A stretch of DNA of 64,000 nt from Deferribacterales bacterium (GCA_050251875.1 JBFWMA010000005.1:161233-225232); one strand, 5' to 3'; positions 30,533 through 41,375 are shown, counted from the stretch's first letter. The notes: generated by a model not told the origin, from the letters alone. Translations and numbers: made by a program.

Positions 30533-32362
30533 TTACTTGCCGAGGGCTTTTCCTCTGGCGGTGTGTCTCTCCTGCTGAGAGAGTATCTTTTTGCGGAGTC
30601 TGATAGATTTCGGTGTTACCTCAACCATCTCGTCATCAGCGATGAAGTGTATAGCTTTTTCCAGTGTCATGGGGGGCACGGGTGTCAGGGTGATGGCGTC
30701 ATCCTTACCGGAAGCCCTCATGTTGGTGAGCTTCTTCTCTTTACAGGGGTTGGCGTTCAGATCGTTGTCTTTGTTGTAGGCGCCGATTATCATTCCCTCG
30801 TAAACAACGTCTCCGGGGTGTATGAACAGCACGCCTCTGGGCTCCAGGTGGAACATACCGTAAGCAACGCCTTTACCCGCTCTGTCAGAGACGATAGAGC
30901 CTGTGAATCTGCTGGGGATATCGCCTCTGTGGGGCTCATATCCGTGGAGCAGTGAGTTCATGATGCCTGTACCTTTGGTGTCTGACAAGAATTCGTCACG
31001 GTATCCGATCAGTCCTCGGCTGGGTATGGAGAACTCCAGTCTGGCTCTGCCTGTTCCGTGGTTTATCAGGTTGGTCATGCGTCCTTTTCTTAAGGAAAGT
31101 TTTTCTGTCACAACGCCGATGAACATTTCATCACAGTCGATGAAAAGGTGCTCGATGGGCTCACAGAGCTGACCGTCTACAGTTTTGTAAATAACTTCGG
31201 GTCTGCCCACGCAAACCTCGAATCCTTCTCTTCTCATGGTTTCCAGAATGATAGCCATCTGGAATTCGCCTCTTCCTTTCACTATGTAGCTGTCTTTTTC
31301 GGGAGTCTCCTCCACTTTGATAGCCACGTTCATGAGAGTTTCTTTCATCAGTCTCTCTTTGATACGGTTAGACTGAACGAATTTACCCTCACGTCCGGCG
31401 AGAGGACCTGTGTTGGGGCTGAATTTCATAGACACGGTGGGTTCGTCCACGGTGATTCTGGGGAGAGCTTTGGGAGAGTCTTTGGTACAGATGGTGTCGC
31501 CGATGGTGATCTCCTCTATACCTGAGAGAACGATGATTTCACCGGGCTCGGCGATTTCTGTCTCTTTTGTTCCCAGTCCCTCATATATCTGAATCTTGCT
31601 GACACGCAGTGTCTGTGTGTCTTCAGCGCCTATGCGCACAAGGGTTTCGTTTGATTTTGCGGATCCGTTGATTACCTTTCCTATCGCCAGTCTGCCCAGA
31701 TAGTCTGAATAGCCGAGGTCGCTCACCAGCATCTGAAAGGGTTCTGAATCCTCATAGCTGGGGGCAGGAATTTCGGATACGATGGCATCGAAGAGGGGTT
31801 TCATGTCTGTTCCCTTCTCTTCCAGAGTCTTCTGACAGATGCCCTCACGCCCGATGGCGTAGTAGAGGGGGAATTCTATCTGGTCGTCATCAGCGCCCAG
31901 ATCTATGAAAAGGTCGTATACTTCGTTCAGAACTTCATCGGGTCTGGCGTCCTGACGGTCGATCTTGTTTACCACCACGATTATTTTGAGACCGGCCTCG
32001 AAAGCCTTGCCCAGAACAAAACGAGTCTGGGGCAGGGGACCTTCTGATGCGTCCACCAGCAGAATGGCTCCGTCTACCATAGAGAGCGCTCTCTCTACCT
32101 CTCCGCCGAAGTCGGCGTGTCCGGGGGTGTCCAGAATGTTGATTTTTGTATTGCCCCATTTTACGGCGCAGTTTTTAGCGGAGATGGTGATCCCTCTCTC
32201 ACGCTCCAGATCCATGCTGTCCATCAGCCTGTCGTCCACTTCCTGTTCTTCTCTGAACATACCGCTCTGTTTGAAGAGAGCGTCCACCAGAGTTGTCTTC
32301 CCGTGGTCAACGTGCGCTATGATAGCTATATTTCTAAGGTTCTCATTTTGCTTTTTTGCCAT
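30533..32362 (-). CDS. typA: Translational GTPase TypA/BipA
   Basis: RNIAIIAHVDHGKTTLVD, DTPGHADFGGEVER, KKLTNMRASG, EVTPKSIRLRK. Confidence 0.98.
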   Translation of the reverse strand: MAKKQNENLRNIAIIAHVDHGKTTLVDALFKQSGMFREEQEVDDRLMDSMDLERERGITISAKNCAVKWGNTKINILDTPGHADFGGEVERALSMVDGAILLVDASEGPLPQTRFVLGKAFEAGLKIIVVVNKIDRQDARPDEVLNEVYDLFIDLGADDDQIEFPLYYAIGREGICQKTLEEKGTDMKPLFDAIVSEIPAPSYEDSEPFQMLVSDLGYSDYLGRLAIGKVINGSAKSNETLVRIGAEDTQTLRVSKIQIYEGLGTKETEIAEPGEIIVLSGIEEITIGDTICTKDSPKALPRITVDEPTVSMKFSPNTGPLAGREGKFVQSNRIKERLMKETLMNVAIKVEETPEKDSYIVKGRGEFQMAIILETMRREGFEVCVGRPEVIYKTVDGQLCEPIEHLFIDCDEMFIGVVTEKLSLRKGRMTNLINHGTGRARLEFSIPSRGLIGYRDEFLSDTKGTGIMNSLLHGYEPHRGDIPSRFTGSIVSDRAGKGVAYGMFHLEPRGVLFIHPGDVVYEGMIIGAYNKDNDLNANPCKEKKLTNMRASGKDDAITLTPVPPMTLEKAIHFIADDEMVEVTPKSIRLRKKILSQQERHTARGKALGK

Positions 32363-32494
32363 TTTATCACACCTGTATTATTTGCTCGAAAAGTAGAGCC
32401 AATCAGTATTATACAGTTTTTAAAATAATAAAAGGTTTTTCTGGATATTTTGCAGAAAAATGAGCAATTATTTGATTTTGGCGCATTATGGGGT

Positions 32495-32802
32495 GTCATT
32501 TATGAGATGTATGTAGAAACTAGGCACATGGATGTGCCTCACGGAGGCATATTTTTCAACTAAGTTGAGAAAATCTTCCGGAGTGTGAGCCTGGATTAGG
32601 CTTCTGCCTTTCCAGGCGTTAGCTCATAAATGACAGGAGGTCATTTATGAGATGTATGTGAAAACTAGGCACACGGATGTGCCTCACGGAGGCATATTTT
32701 TCAACCAAGTTGAGAAAATCTTCCGGAGTGTGAGCCTGGATTAGGCTTCTGCCTTTCCAGGCGTTAGCTCATAAATGACAGGAGGTCATTTATGAGATGT
32801 AT
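32495..32802 (+). repeat. 145-bp-period tandem repeat (two near-identical units plus an 18-nt third start) containing GGA-loop hairpins
   Basis: GTCATTTATGAGATGTAT at 32495, 32640 and 32785; the two units differ at only 4 positions. Confidence 0.95.
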
Positions 32803-32804
32803 AA

Positions 32805-34637
32805 TCAGGAACAGTTCGCTTCCCTGCTCAGGATTATTTCGATTGTCGTGCCGCCGCCGTTGTTTTTCGCTATGATTGAGCCGCACATATATTTTTCTAT
32901 CACTGTCTTAGCCATGTAAAGACCGATGCCGGTTCCCTTGCCCTGTTCTTTTGTGGTGAAGAAGGGGTTGAAGATTTTGTCGATAATATTTTCATCGATG
33001 CCGATACCGTTGTCGGAGATATCCATTCTGATGGTGTCAGCATCCACGATCAGGCTGATGGTGATCAGACCGTTGCGGACGGGATGTTCTTCCTGAGCGT
33101 ATCTTTCGGTGATGGCGTCTATGGAGTTATAAATGATGTTCAGCAGGGTCTGCTTGAACTCATTAAGAAATCCGTTTATCTGTGTGCCTTTGTACTCACA
33201 TTCGGGCATTTTCTCCAGAACACTGCACGCCAGCTCTCTTTTGGCGCATTTGCACTTCACGGACAGCTTTACCCCGGCGGAAGAGAGGGACGCGTTCAGC
33301 ATATCGCCTATTTCTGAAAGCACTTTTACTATCTCGAACTGGGTCTTGGACACGCTGGGCTCGAAGAAGGTGCGGTATCTGTCTATGGAGTCTGAGAGTT
33401 TGTTCAGCAGACTCATGTTGTTCTTTTCGAATTCTTCTATGTAGTCGGCGCTCAGCTCACCGCTCTTATACGCTTCTGAAAGATCCTGAACATAAAGCCC
33501 CACAGCATTGATCGGCTGGCGCCAGTGGTGCGCCAGAGCGGAAAGCATCAGCCCCATGTCCGCCACCTTCTGCTGCTGGTTGATTATCTGGTCTTTTATG
33601 CGGCAGTTGTCCACTTCTTTGCGGATGCGTTCCTCCAGACCTGTGTTTACCTCTTTCAGTGTTGTGATGGCGTCATCATGCTCTTTTTCCAGATCGGATA
33701 TAGATTCTATGAATCCGTGTCTGGCGACATATATTATCAGAAGCACGCCTATCAGGCACATCACGGCGGCTCTTATTATGTGGCTGTTGAACCACTCTTC
33801 CAGACCGCTGGTTTTCGCCACGAAGATGATTTTACCCACGTTCACTCCGGAGAAATCTATCAGAGCGAATTCTTTGATGACCTCATAGTGAACGCCTTTA
33901 TGTGAAATATCCTTCCGGAGGATATCCCATGTGCCGTCTTCCATTATTTTGTTTATGGGGATTCCGGTATTGTTGAAATATTCCGGATTATATTTTCCGT
34001 TGTTGGAGCATTTCAGGAGCTCTCCGGCATTTTTGCTCAGAATGATTATGTTGCGCATATCGGAGATGGAAGAGACTCTGTTGGCTATGAAAGAGAGGTC
34101 TATGCCCAGCTCCAGAACACCGTAAAATTCGCCGTCCATGTTCAGCGGCTGAACATATCTGTGGCTGATAGTGGATGCGCAGGTTTCCAGCCCGAAGGCG
34201 GGTTTTTTCATCTGAAAAACTGATTTCAGTATGGGTCTGGCGTCCAGATTTTTGTCGCCGTGTTTCTGGGGTTTCTGCACACGCAGAAAGAATGTGCCGT
34301 CCGGCAGAAGAATGTTGATGGTGATGGGTGACTGAGGAAACAGCGACTGTAAGGAGGCGAGGTATGGGGTCATTATCTTAAGAAGTTTGTCTCTGTCTCT
34401 GCTTTTCAGAGTTTCGAAAACGGCTTTGTTCTGAGTCATCAGATATGCCTCAGATTTCAGCACGGCGTTGGATCTCTTTCCTATGCCCTTGTAGAATCTG
34501 TCAACCAGAGCCGTATGCTCGGCTTTGAGCAGAGCGGTATTGCGGGAAAACCGGTACCATTCGTCCAGAAGATAAGTTCCGACTATCAGTACCAATATCG
34601 CTGCCAGCATGTATATCGTGCGGTTCTTAACCTTCAT
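32805..34637 (-). CDS. Membrane sensor histidine kinase (Cache-like periplasmic domain)
   Basis: Two TM segments; H-box AHHWRQPIN; N-box NSIDA; DNGIGI; FFTTK; GTGIGL. Confidence 0.9.
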   Translation of the reverse strand: MKVKNRTIYMLAAILVLIVGTYLLDEWYRFSRNTALLKAEHTALVDRFYKGIGKRSNAVLKSEAYLMTQNKAVFETLKSRDRDKLLKIMTPYLASLQSLFPQSPITINILLPDGTFFLRVQKPQKHGDKNLDARPILKSVFQMKKPAFGLETCASTISHRYVQPLNMDGEFYGVLELGIDLSFIANRVSSISDMRNIIILSKNAGELLKCSNNGKYNPEYFNNTGIPINKIMEDGTWDILRKDISHKGVHYEVIKEFALIDFSGVNVGKIIFVAKTSGLEEWFNSHIIRAAVMCLIGVLLIIYVARHGFIESISDLEKEHDDAITTLKEVNTGLEERIRKEVDNCRIKDQIINQQQKVADMGLMLSALAHHWRQPINAVGLYVQDLSEAYKSGELSADYIEEFEKNNMSLLNKLSDSIDRYRTFFEPSVSKTQFEIVKVLSEIGDMLNASLSSAGVKLSVKCKCAKRELACSVLEKMPECEYKGTQINGFLNEFKQTLLNIIYNSIDAITERYAQEEHPVRNGLITISLIVDADTIRMDISDNGIGIDENIIDKIFNPFFTTKEQGKGTGIGLYMAKTVIEKYMCGSIIAKNNGGGTTIEIILSREANCS

Positions 34638-34858
34638 TGCAGGCTCCGGTTAAAAGTTGTATCTGGTCTTATTGTACCACTTTTATGAGGAAGTTAACAG
34701 AAAAAGAAAAAAGCGGGGCGGAGAACAGAACACTCTCCACGTTCAAAGAAGATTAATCTTTTGTGGGGGTGACAGACCTTCTTTGAACTCCCCGCAAAGC
34801 TGACTATGTTTGGTAAAAATTTTTTGTCCTAAAAAATTCTTGATACCGCAGACTATTA

Positions 34859-35143
34859 TTAGTTGTTCAGTATCTTCTTCATCATGTAGTTGATGTCACG
34901 GAAGACGAAAACGTCTTTGCCGTTCATCAGGCAATATATTGGTCTGCCTACTTCAGCGCCGGAGAGTTTGGCATCGCCGACAGGAAGAAGAAGGGAGACA
35001 AGTCTCTTGCCGGAGCGGATCACCATGCTTGCGGTGACGTGTCCGATGTCGAGATCCTCAACGTATCCTTTGATAAGTTTGTAGCCGTTGTTCTGCATCA
35101 GAGCGGCTACACTCGCTCTGTCCAATGTTTGTGAATAATCCAT
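34859..35143 (-). CDS. Small protein with divergent TOBE/Mop-like fold, downstream of nifB
   Basis: LIKGYVEDLDIGHVTASMVI...GAEVGRPIYCLM resembles the TOBE pattern; 11 nt after the nifB stop. Confidence 0.6.
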   Translation of the reverse strand: MDYSQTLDRASVAALMQNNGYKLIKGYVEDLDIGHVTASMVIRSGKRLVSLLLPVGDAKLSGAEVGRPIYCLMNGKDVFVFRDINYMMKKILNN

Positions 35144-35154
35144 ATCAATACCCC

Positions 35155-36507
35155 TTAAGCTGTTTTAACGCTGCTTTCGAGTCTTTTCATTCCGGCTTCC
35201 CATGCCGCTTCTTCCAGACCTTTGTATGCCTGTCTGGTGTCCATGATGATGCCTTTCAGCTTCATGTCGTCCACGGCGTTCTTGCCAGCCACTGTGCATA
35301 CCATCACGCTGCAGTCCTTTATCAGCTCCGCCACGTTTTTCAGGTGACCTGAGAGCTTGATGCACGCCTGCGAGTTGTCATAGTCGAGAGTCCTGATCTC
35401 TCTTAAGTGGGCGCCCCAGCCGGAAACTTCATATACATAGAAACTTCTGGCGTTTTTGAAAGAGACGTCCGCCATTCTGTGGTTGTCTGAGGCGACAGCC
35501 ACCAGAACCATTTTGTTTCTGCTGACGGACATTTTGCCGTCCGCCGCTTTTTTATGTATGTCCAGCGCCCTGATGGAGCGTCTGGATGAGAGAACCTGCG
35601 ACTTAAGAGCCATAGAATTCTCTTTCACATCTTCTGTTACGTTGTTGAAATCCCAGTCCTGACCCAGCTTGCCTATGGCGTCCGCTCTGCACTGGCGGCA
35701 GTGCTGCATCACGTTTTCCAGTCCGCCCATAACTTCTGCGCACTGAAACCTGATTCTGCCGATCATCTCGGGAGTGGGTTCCGGTACTCCATCATTAGCA
35801 AATTTTGTTCCGTATTCGGGTTTGCTCATCAGCGGGATTATGTTGTGGATGAAAACACCCAGCTCTTTTATCTTCGCAGATACAGCCGGAATGTGAGAAT
35901 CATTAATGCCAGGAATAAGTACGGTGTTTACTTTGACAAGGATATCTTTCTCCACCAGTTTTTTGATGCCTTCCAGCTGGCGTTCCAGCAGGATGGCGGC
36001 GGCGTCTTTGCCGTGGTATGTTCTGCCTTCAAAATGTATCCAGCTGTATATTTTTTGACCGATTTCAGGGTCGATTGCGTTCATTGTGACCGTTACATGA
36101 CCGATGCCCAGCTCTTTTATCTCGTCCACATGGTCGGGCAGGGACAGACCGTTGGTGCTGATGCAGGGGATCAGTTCTTTGTCATATTCTTTGAGCAGAC
36201 GGAGTGTTTCAAATGTCGCTTCCGGATTTGCCAGAGCGTCTCCGGGACCGGCTATCCCGACAACAGAGAGGTTTTCTATGGAGTGCTTCACCATGATAAC
36301 CTTTTCCAGAGCCTGTTCGGGGCTCAGTGTGCCGGATGTCACGCCGGGGCGTGATTCGTTAGAGCAGTCATACTTCCTGTTGCAGTAGTTGCACTGGATG
36401 TTGCACGCCGGGGCTACCGGCAGGTGGATTCTGGCGAATTTATGGTGAGCTTCTTTGTTGTAGCAGGGATGTTTCTCTATTTTGCTTTTGACTGTTTCTC
36501 TGTCCAT
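35155..36507 (-). CDS. nifB: Radical SAM FeMo-cofactor biosynthesis protein NifB with C-terminal NifX-like domain
   Basis: HPCY, LPVAPACNIQCNYC, ESRPG, AGPGD, HCRQCRADA. Confidence 0.97.
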   Translation of the reverse strand: MDRETVKSKIEKHPCYNKEAHHKFARIHLPVAPACNIQCNYCNRKYDCSNESRPGVTSGTLSPEQALEKVIMVKHSIENLSVVGIAGPGDALANPEATFETLRLLKEYDKELIPCISTNGLSLPDHVDEIKELGIGHVTVTMNAIDPEIGQKIYSWIHFEGRTYHGKDAAAILLERQLEGIKKLVEKDILVKVNTVLIPGINDSHIPAVSAKIKELGVFIHNIIPLMSKPEYGTKFANDGVPEPTPEMIGRIRFQCAEVMGGLENVMQHCRQCRADAIGKLGQDWDFNNVTEDVKENSMALKSQVLSSRRSIRALDIHKKAADGKMSVSRNKMVLVAVASDNHRMADVSFKNARSFYVYEVSGWGAHLREIRTLDYDNSQACIKLSGHLKNVAELIKDCSVMVCTVAGKNAVDDMKLKGIIMDTRQAYKGLEEAAWEAGMKRLESSVKTA

Positions 36508-36536
36508 ATCGTCCTCCGTCTTGACGGGTTATTATC

Positions 36537-36552
36537 AGCAACCCTTGTGCCA
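36537..36552 (-). promoter_or_regulatory. sigma54 promoter of nifB
   Basis: Minus strand reads TGGCACAAGGGTTGCT, the consensus -24/-12. Confidence 0.9.
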
Positions 36553-36689
36553 GTTTTATATCAGGAGGAATAACGCCTATATATTGACATAAAACCTGTT
36601 CCGGCATATCCGGAGTGACACAAAACCGACATAATGCGTATTTTTTAAGCAGTCAATATGCCAAAAATCATCGTTTTTGTTTTAAAATG

Positions 36690-36705
36690 TGGCACACCTT
36701 TTGCA
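36690..36705 (+). promoter_or_regulatory. sigma54 promoter of nifV
   Basis: TGGCACACCTTTTGCA, the consensus -24/-12. Confidence 0.9.
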
Positions 36706-36730
36706 TGTAAAGGGGCATGGGAGGTGCGAT

Positions 36731-37849
36731 ATGATTATTGACGATACAACCCTCAGAGACGGAGAACAGACACCCGGAGTCGCCTTTACAAAAAAAGAGA
36801 GGCTGGAGATAGCCCGCCGGCTGGACAGTATCGGTGTTCAGGAGATAGAGGCGGGGATACCTGTCATGGGCAGGGAAGAATCCGCAATGTTCGAATCCAT
36901 CATGGACTTAGGGCTTAATTCCAGAATCATAGCGTGGAACAGAGCGCTGGTAGGCGATGTTGCCGCTTCCGTGGCGGCAGGGGCAAAAGCCATCGAGATT
37001 TCGCTCCCCCTCTCAGATATACAGATAGATACCAAGCTGAATAAATCAAGGCAGTGGGTGCTGGACCAGATCAGGTCTGTGCTGGAATACTGCTCAAAAT
37101 TTGACCTCTATGTGTCCGTGGGCGGTGAAGACGCGTCCAGAGCGGACATATCATTCATAGAAGAATATGTGGATACCATACAGGCATACGGAGCGGACAG
37201 GTTCCGTTTCTGCGACACTGTGGGCATCCTCGACCCTTTCCGCACATATAATATGACAAAAAGAATCAGAGAGCGCACTTCAATGGATCTTGAAGTGCAT
37301 ACACATAACGATTTCGGCATGGCGACAGCAAACGCTCTGGCGGCTGTTCAGGCGGGCGCCACACATGTGAACACCACTGTGATGGGGCTGGGCGAGCGAG
37401 CCGGAAACGCTCCTCTGGAAGAGATAATCATGGCTGCCCGTCATGTTTACGGCAACCAGGATACATTCAACACTAAGCATCTGCGTCCCCTTTCAGAATT
37501 CGTGGCACAGGCTGCGGGCAGGCAGGTAGACCCGCAGCGCCCCGTTATCGGCGAATTTATGTTTACCCACGAATCTGGTATCCACACTGACGGCGTGCTG
37601 AAAAACCCGAAAAACTATGAGCCCTTTGACCCGGAAGAGCTGGATATGAAGCGCAATCTGGTCTTCGGCAACCAGTCCGGTCTGCACGTTCTGGAGCATA
37701 TACTTGCTCAGGAGGGCATCCATCTGGACAAGTGGCAGCTCACCGGTCTGCTCTATGAGGCGAAAAAGCTCGCCAGAAAAAACAAAGCCGTGCTGAACAA
37801 CAAAGACGTGACAGGTCTCTGCGTCAGGCTGGGACTCAAAAGCGCTTAA
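36731..37849 (+). CDS. nifV: Homocitrate synthase
   Basis: IDDTTLRDGEQTPGVAF, EIEAGIP, VGGEDASRAD, HTHNDFGMA, HESGIH; divergent from nifB with a sigma54 promoter. Confidence 0.92.
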   Translation: MIIDDTTLRDGEQTPGVAFTKKERLEIARRLDSIGVQEIEAGIPVMGREESAMFESIMDLGLNSRIIAWNRALVGDVAASVAAGAKAIEISLPLSDIQIDTKLNKSRQWVLDQIRSVLEYCSKFDLYVSVGGEDASRADISFIEEYVDTIQAYGADRFRFCDTVGILDPFRTYNMTKRIRERTSMDLEVHTHNDFGMATANALAAVQAGATHVNTTVMGLGERAGNAPLEEIIMAARHVYGNQDTFNTKHLRPLSEFVAQAAGRQVDPQRPVIGEFMFTHESGIHTDGVLKNPKNYEPFDPEELDMKRNLVFGNQSGLHVLEHILAQEGIHLDKWQLTGLLYEAKKLARKNKAVLNNKDVTGLCVRLGLKSA

Positions 37850-37862
37850 GTTGCACTTCGGA

Positions 37863-37935
37863 AGATTGCTTCGCTGACGCTCGCAATGACAGAAATTTTC
37901 ACGTCATTGCGAGGAATGAAATGACGAAGCAATCT
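37863..37935. repeat. Inverted pair of AGATTGCTTCG...CTCGCAATGAC repeats
   Basis: AGATTGCTTCGCTGACGCTCGCAATGAC ... GTCATTGCGAGGAATGAAATGACGAAGCAATCT between convergent genes. Confidence 0.8.
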
Positions 37936-38134
37936 ATTTCTTTTTCCTTAATACTGTTACAGATTCCCCGGCAATGCCCCAATTATCAGTCTCCACTTCA
38001 TCGATGATGACGAAGGTGGTGGCGGGGTTCTTGCCCAGAACTTCCTGAAGCATCTGAGTAGAGCGTTTTATCAGCTCCGCTTTCTGTTCGGGGGTAGCTC
38101 CCTCTTTTGTTATTCTGATATTTACGAACGGCAT
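37934..38134 (-). CDS. 4-oxalocrotonate tautomerase family protein
   Basis: N-terminal Pro (MPFVNI), EQKAELI, NWGIAG. Confidence 0.92.
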   Translation of the reverse strand: MPFVNIRITKEGATPEQKAELIKRSTQMLQEVLGKNPATTFVIIDEVETDNWGIAGESVTVLRKKK

Positions 38135-39285
38135 ACGTTACTCCTTCTATATATTGAGCAACCCATCAAAAGGATCGCTATGCTCACTGCGCAAAAAACA
38201 GCCGATATCATCAGCGCGCCGGAAAAACTGCCTGTTATCTGGGCGGAATACCCCGCCGCCACAGGACCCAGCATCTGACCTATGCCGAAGGCTGTAGTCA
38301 CCAGCCCCACGGCGAATGTGGTGTGGCTTCCCGCCAGCTTTCGTGAAAAAGCCACGGTCAGCGAAACGATGCCCAGAAAAGTAGCGCCGTAAAGAGCCGC
38401 CGCCAGCATCACCGCCGCCGGATTTTTAGACACGGCGGGCAGGATACAGCTGATGCCCAGAACGACATACGCCGGAATCAGGTTAGACAGATATCCTTTT
38501 CTGCCGGCGGTCATGGAAAGATATACTATGCCCGGGATGGCGGACAGCCCTGTTATCATCCATGCGGTGTATCCGCCGAATCCTTTCAGATTTTCTATGC
38601 TGTCGATTATCACCACCAGAAAAGTTCCGTTCACAATATAGGCAGCGCCCATGAAAAAATAGGCGGTTCCCAGAAAATATATGTAGGGGTGCATGGGCGT
38701 TTTTTCATCAGATTTGTCTGTTTTTACGGCGGCGTGATCTCCGTCCGTGCCTATGAAGCAGAGGGGAAACAGCGCAAGCGACTCTATGAAGAAGACGATC
38801 CACATATTCTGCCATCCGGTGTGTTCCGCCATAATCAGCACAGACAGTCCGGAAATGAATATCCCAATGCCTATGCCTGTGTATATCAGTCCGGCGAAAT
38901 GCGCTTTGTTCTGTCTGGCGAGGTGCTCCAGAACCACGGCGGAGAAGAGGATGAACATCCCGGCGCTGGCGAATCCGGACACGGTGCGCAGTACAGCCCA
39001 GAAAGAGTAGCTTTGCGAAAAGGGCATCATCAGGAGTGTCAGGGCGTTCACGGCGTAGAGCGTGTAGAACCATGTGAGTTTTTTGTATGTGCGGTAGAGC
39101 ATGAAAAAAACAGAGCCGAAGAGATATCCGGCATAGTTCAGTGAAGCCAGTTCGCCCGCATGGGCAACGCTCAGCACGTCCGCCTTCGCCATTATGTTTA
39201 TCATGGGGGTGAAGGAGAAACGGGCGAGACCCATAGATGTTATCATGGCGGCTATACCCGCCGCTATCATGCGTGTGATTTTCAT
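38122..39285 (-). CDS. MFS transporter (YbfB/YjiJ-like)
   Basis: MGLARFSFTP, AS.NYAGYL.G, FGIGQMLGP; about 12 hydrophobic segments. Confidence 0.85.
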   Translation of the reverse strand: MKITRMIAAGIAAMITSMGLARFSFTPMINIMAKADVLSVAHAGELASLNYAGYLFGSVFFMLYRTYKKLTWFYTLYAVNALTLLMMPFSQSYSFWAVLRTVSGFASAGMFILFSAVVLEHLARQNKAHFAGLIYTGIGIGIFISGLSVLIMAEHTGWQNMWIVFFIESLALFPLCFIGTDGDHAAVKTDKSDEKTPMHPYIYFLGTAYFFMGAAYIVNGTFLVVIIDSIENLKGFGGYTAWMITGLSAIPGIVYLSMTAGRKGYLSNLIPAYVVLGISCILPAVSKNPAAVMLAAALYGATFLGIVSLTVAFSRKLAGSHTTFAVGLVTTAFGIGQMLGPVAAGYSAQITGSFSGALMISAVFCAVSIAILLMGCSIYRRSNVCRS

Positions 39286-39321
39286 AATAGAATATAAAGA
39301 ATAAACTGAGATTTTGCGAAG

Positions 39322-39346
39322 AAAAAAGCCGGGCGGAACCCGGCTT
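39322..39346 (-). terminator. Terminator of the decarboxylase operon
   Basis: Minus strand reads AAGCCGGG-TTCCG-CCCGGC-T6. Confidence 0.8.
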
Positions 39347-39351
39347 GACGA

Positions 39352-40476
<1,125 letters not shown>

Positions 40477-40487
40477 ATTAACCTCTG

Positions 40488-40615
40488 CAAAAAAATTCTG
40501 TCCTAGAATTTTTTTGATACCGTTTTGCTCGGAGTGAATCCTCGCTCCACTTACACTCCGCTCGGCTTTCGGCGGTGAACGCCTCGGCCTCCTCCGTGAA
40601 CCGCATCCTGCGGTT
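40488..40615 (-). repeat. GGA-loop structured repeat, copy C
   Basis: Minus strand: AACCGC-AGGAT-GCGGTT, CACGGAG...CGGAGTGTAA, CAAAAAAATTCT-AGGAC-AGAATTTTTTTG. Confidence 0.7.
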
Positions 40616-40629
40616 TGCTACTTATTATA

Positions 40630-41016
40630 TTATTCGTATTCAGCCAGAGTCTGACCTTCTCTGATGTTGTCGCCCACGGCAACGGGAATAGCTTTGATCT
40701 TTCCGTCTATGGGGGCGGCTATGGATGTTTTCATCTTCATGGCTTCCATAATCAGGATAACATCGCCGGTTTTGACAGAGTCCCCCGGTTTTGTTTTCAG
40801 TTCCACCACGATACCCGCTATGGGGCTGTCCACGCTGGATGAACCGCCTGATGATTTTTTGACCGGAGCGGCGCTGACAGTGGTCTGCTGGGGAGCGGCC
40901 GCCGGAGTATAGTGGGGCAGACTGCCCAGAGGAGAGGCGGGGAAACCTTCGCCCTCGTCCAGAACCTCAACGTCTACTTCGTAAGCAACCCCGTGAACAG
41001 TAATCTTCAGTTTCAT
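40630..41016 (-). CDS. Biotin carboxyl carrier subunit (MmdC-like)
   Basis: ITVHGVAYEVDVE, Ala/Pro linker, EAMKM biotinylation motif. Confidence 0.93.
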   Translation of the reverse strand: MKLKITVHGVAYEVDVEVLDEGEGFPASPLGSLPHYTPAAAPQQTTVSAAPVKKSSGGSSSVDSPIAGIVVELKTKPGDSVKTGDVILIMEAMKMKTSIAAPIDGKIKAIPVAVGDNIREGQTLAEYE

Positions 41017-41025
41017 ATATTCCTC

Positions 41026-41367
41026 TTATCTTTTAATATTTACAGAGTGAGAACCCATGAGGACGCTTCGTCCCTGGTTTGACCAGCCGGAGTGTGAAGA
41101 CGCTCTGGTCACCATCCTCCGCACTGTTTTTATCCTGAATCTTCCGTTTATCATGGTCGCCGCCGCCGCGGATATCAGAACCAGCGTCAGGTTGTCTATG
41201 TTCTGATCTTCCACGGAATCCTTGATCTGCGGCGCCTTATATGGAGTCGCTTTTGCGTCCGCCCATCTCATGAAGGAGATAGCCAGAGATATCAGAGTCA
41301 GCGATGCGAAAACCACGATGAGCCCGGCTAAGGTGAGATTAAGAGCGAATGTCATTGTGTCGTTCAT
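41026..41367 (-). CDS. Decarboxylase membrane anchor subunit (OadG/MmdD-like)
   Basis: N-terminal TM (GLIVVFASL), LISAAA, WSNQGR; operon position. Confidence 0.8.
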   Translation of the reverse strand: MNDTMTFALNLTLAGLIVVFASLTLISLAISFMRWADAKATPYKAPQIKDSVEDQNIDNLTLVLISAAAATMINGRFRIKTVRRMVTRASSHSGWSNQGRSVLMGSHSVNIKR

Positions 41368-41375
41368 GCTTCACC

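Noticed and set aside
32495..32802. CRISPR array reading of the recurring GTCATTTATGAGATGTAT
   Set aside because: The intervening sequences are ~127 nt and nearly identical rather than unique spacers, and no cas genes are present.
36731..37849. Second leuA copy
   Set aside because: It lacks the LeuA regulatory domain, has NifV-like motifs and a sigma54 promoter; the true leuA is at 62070-63629.
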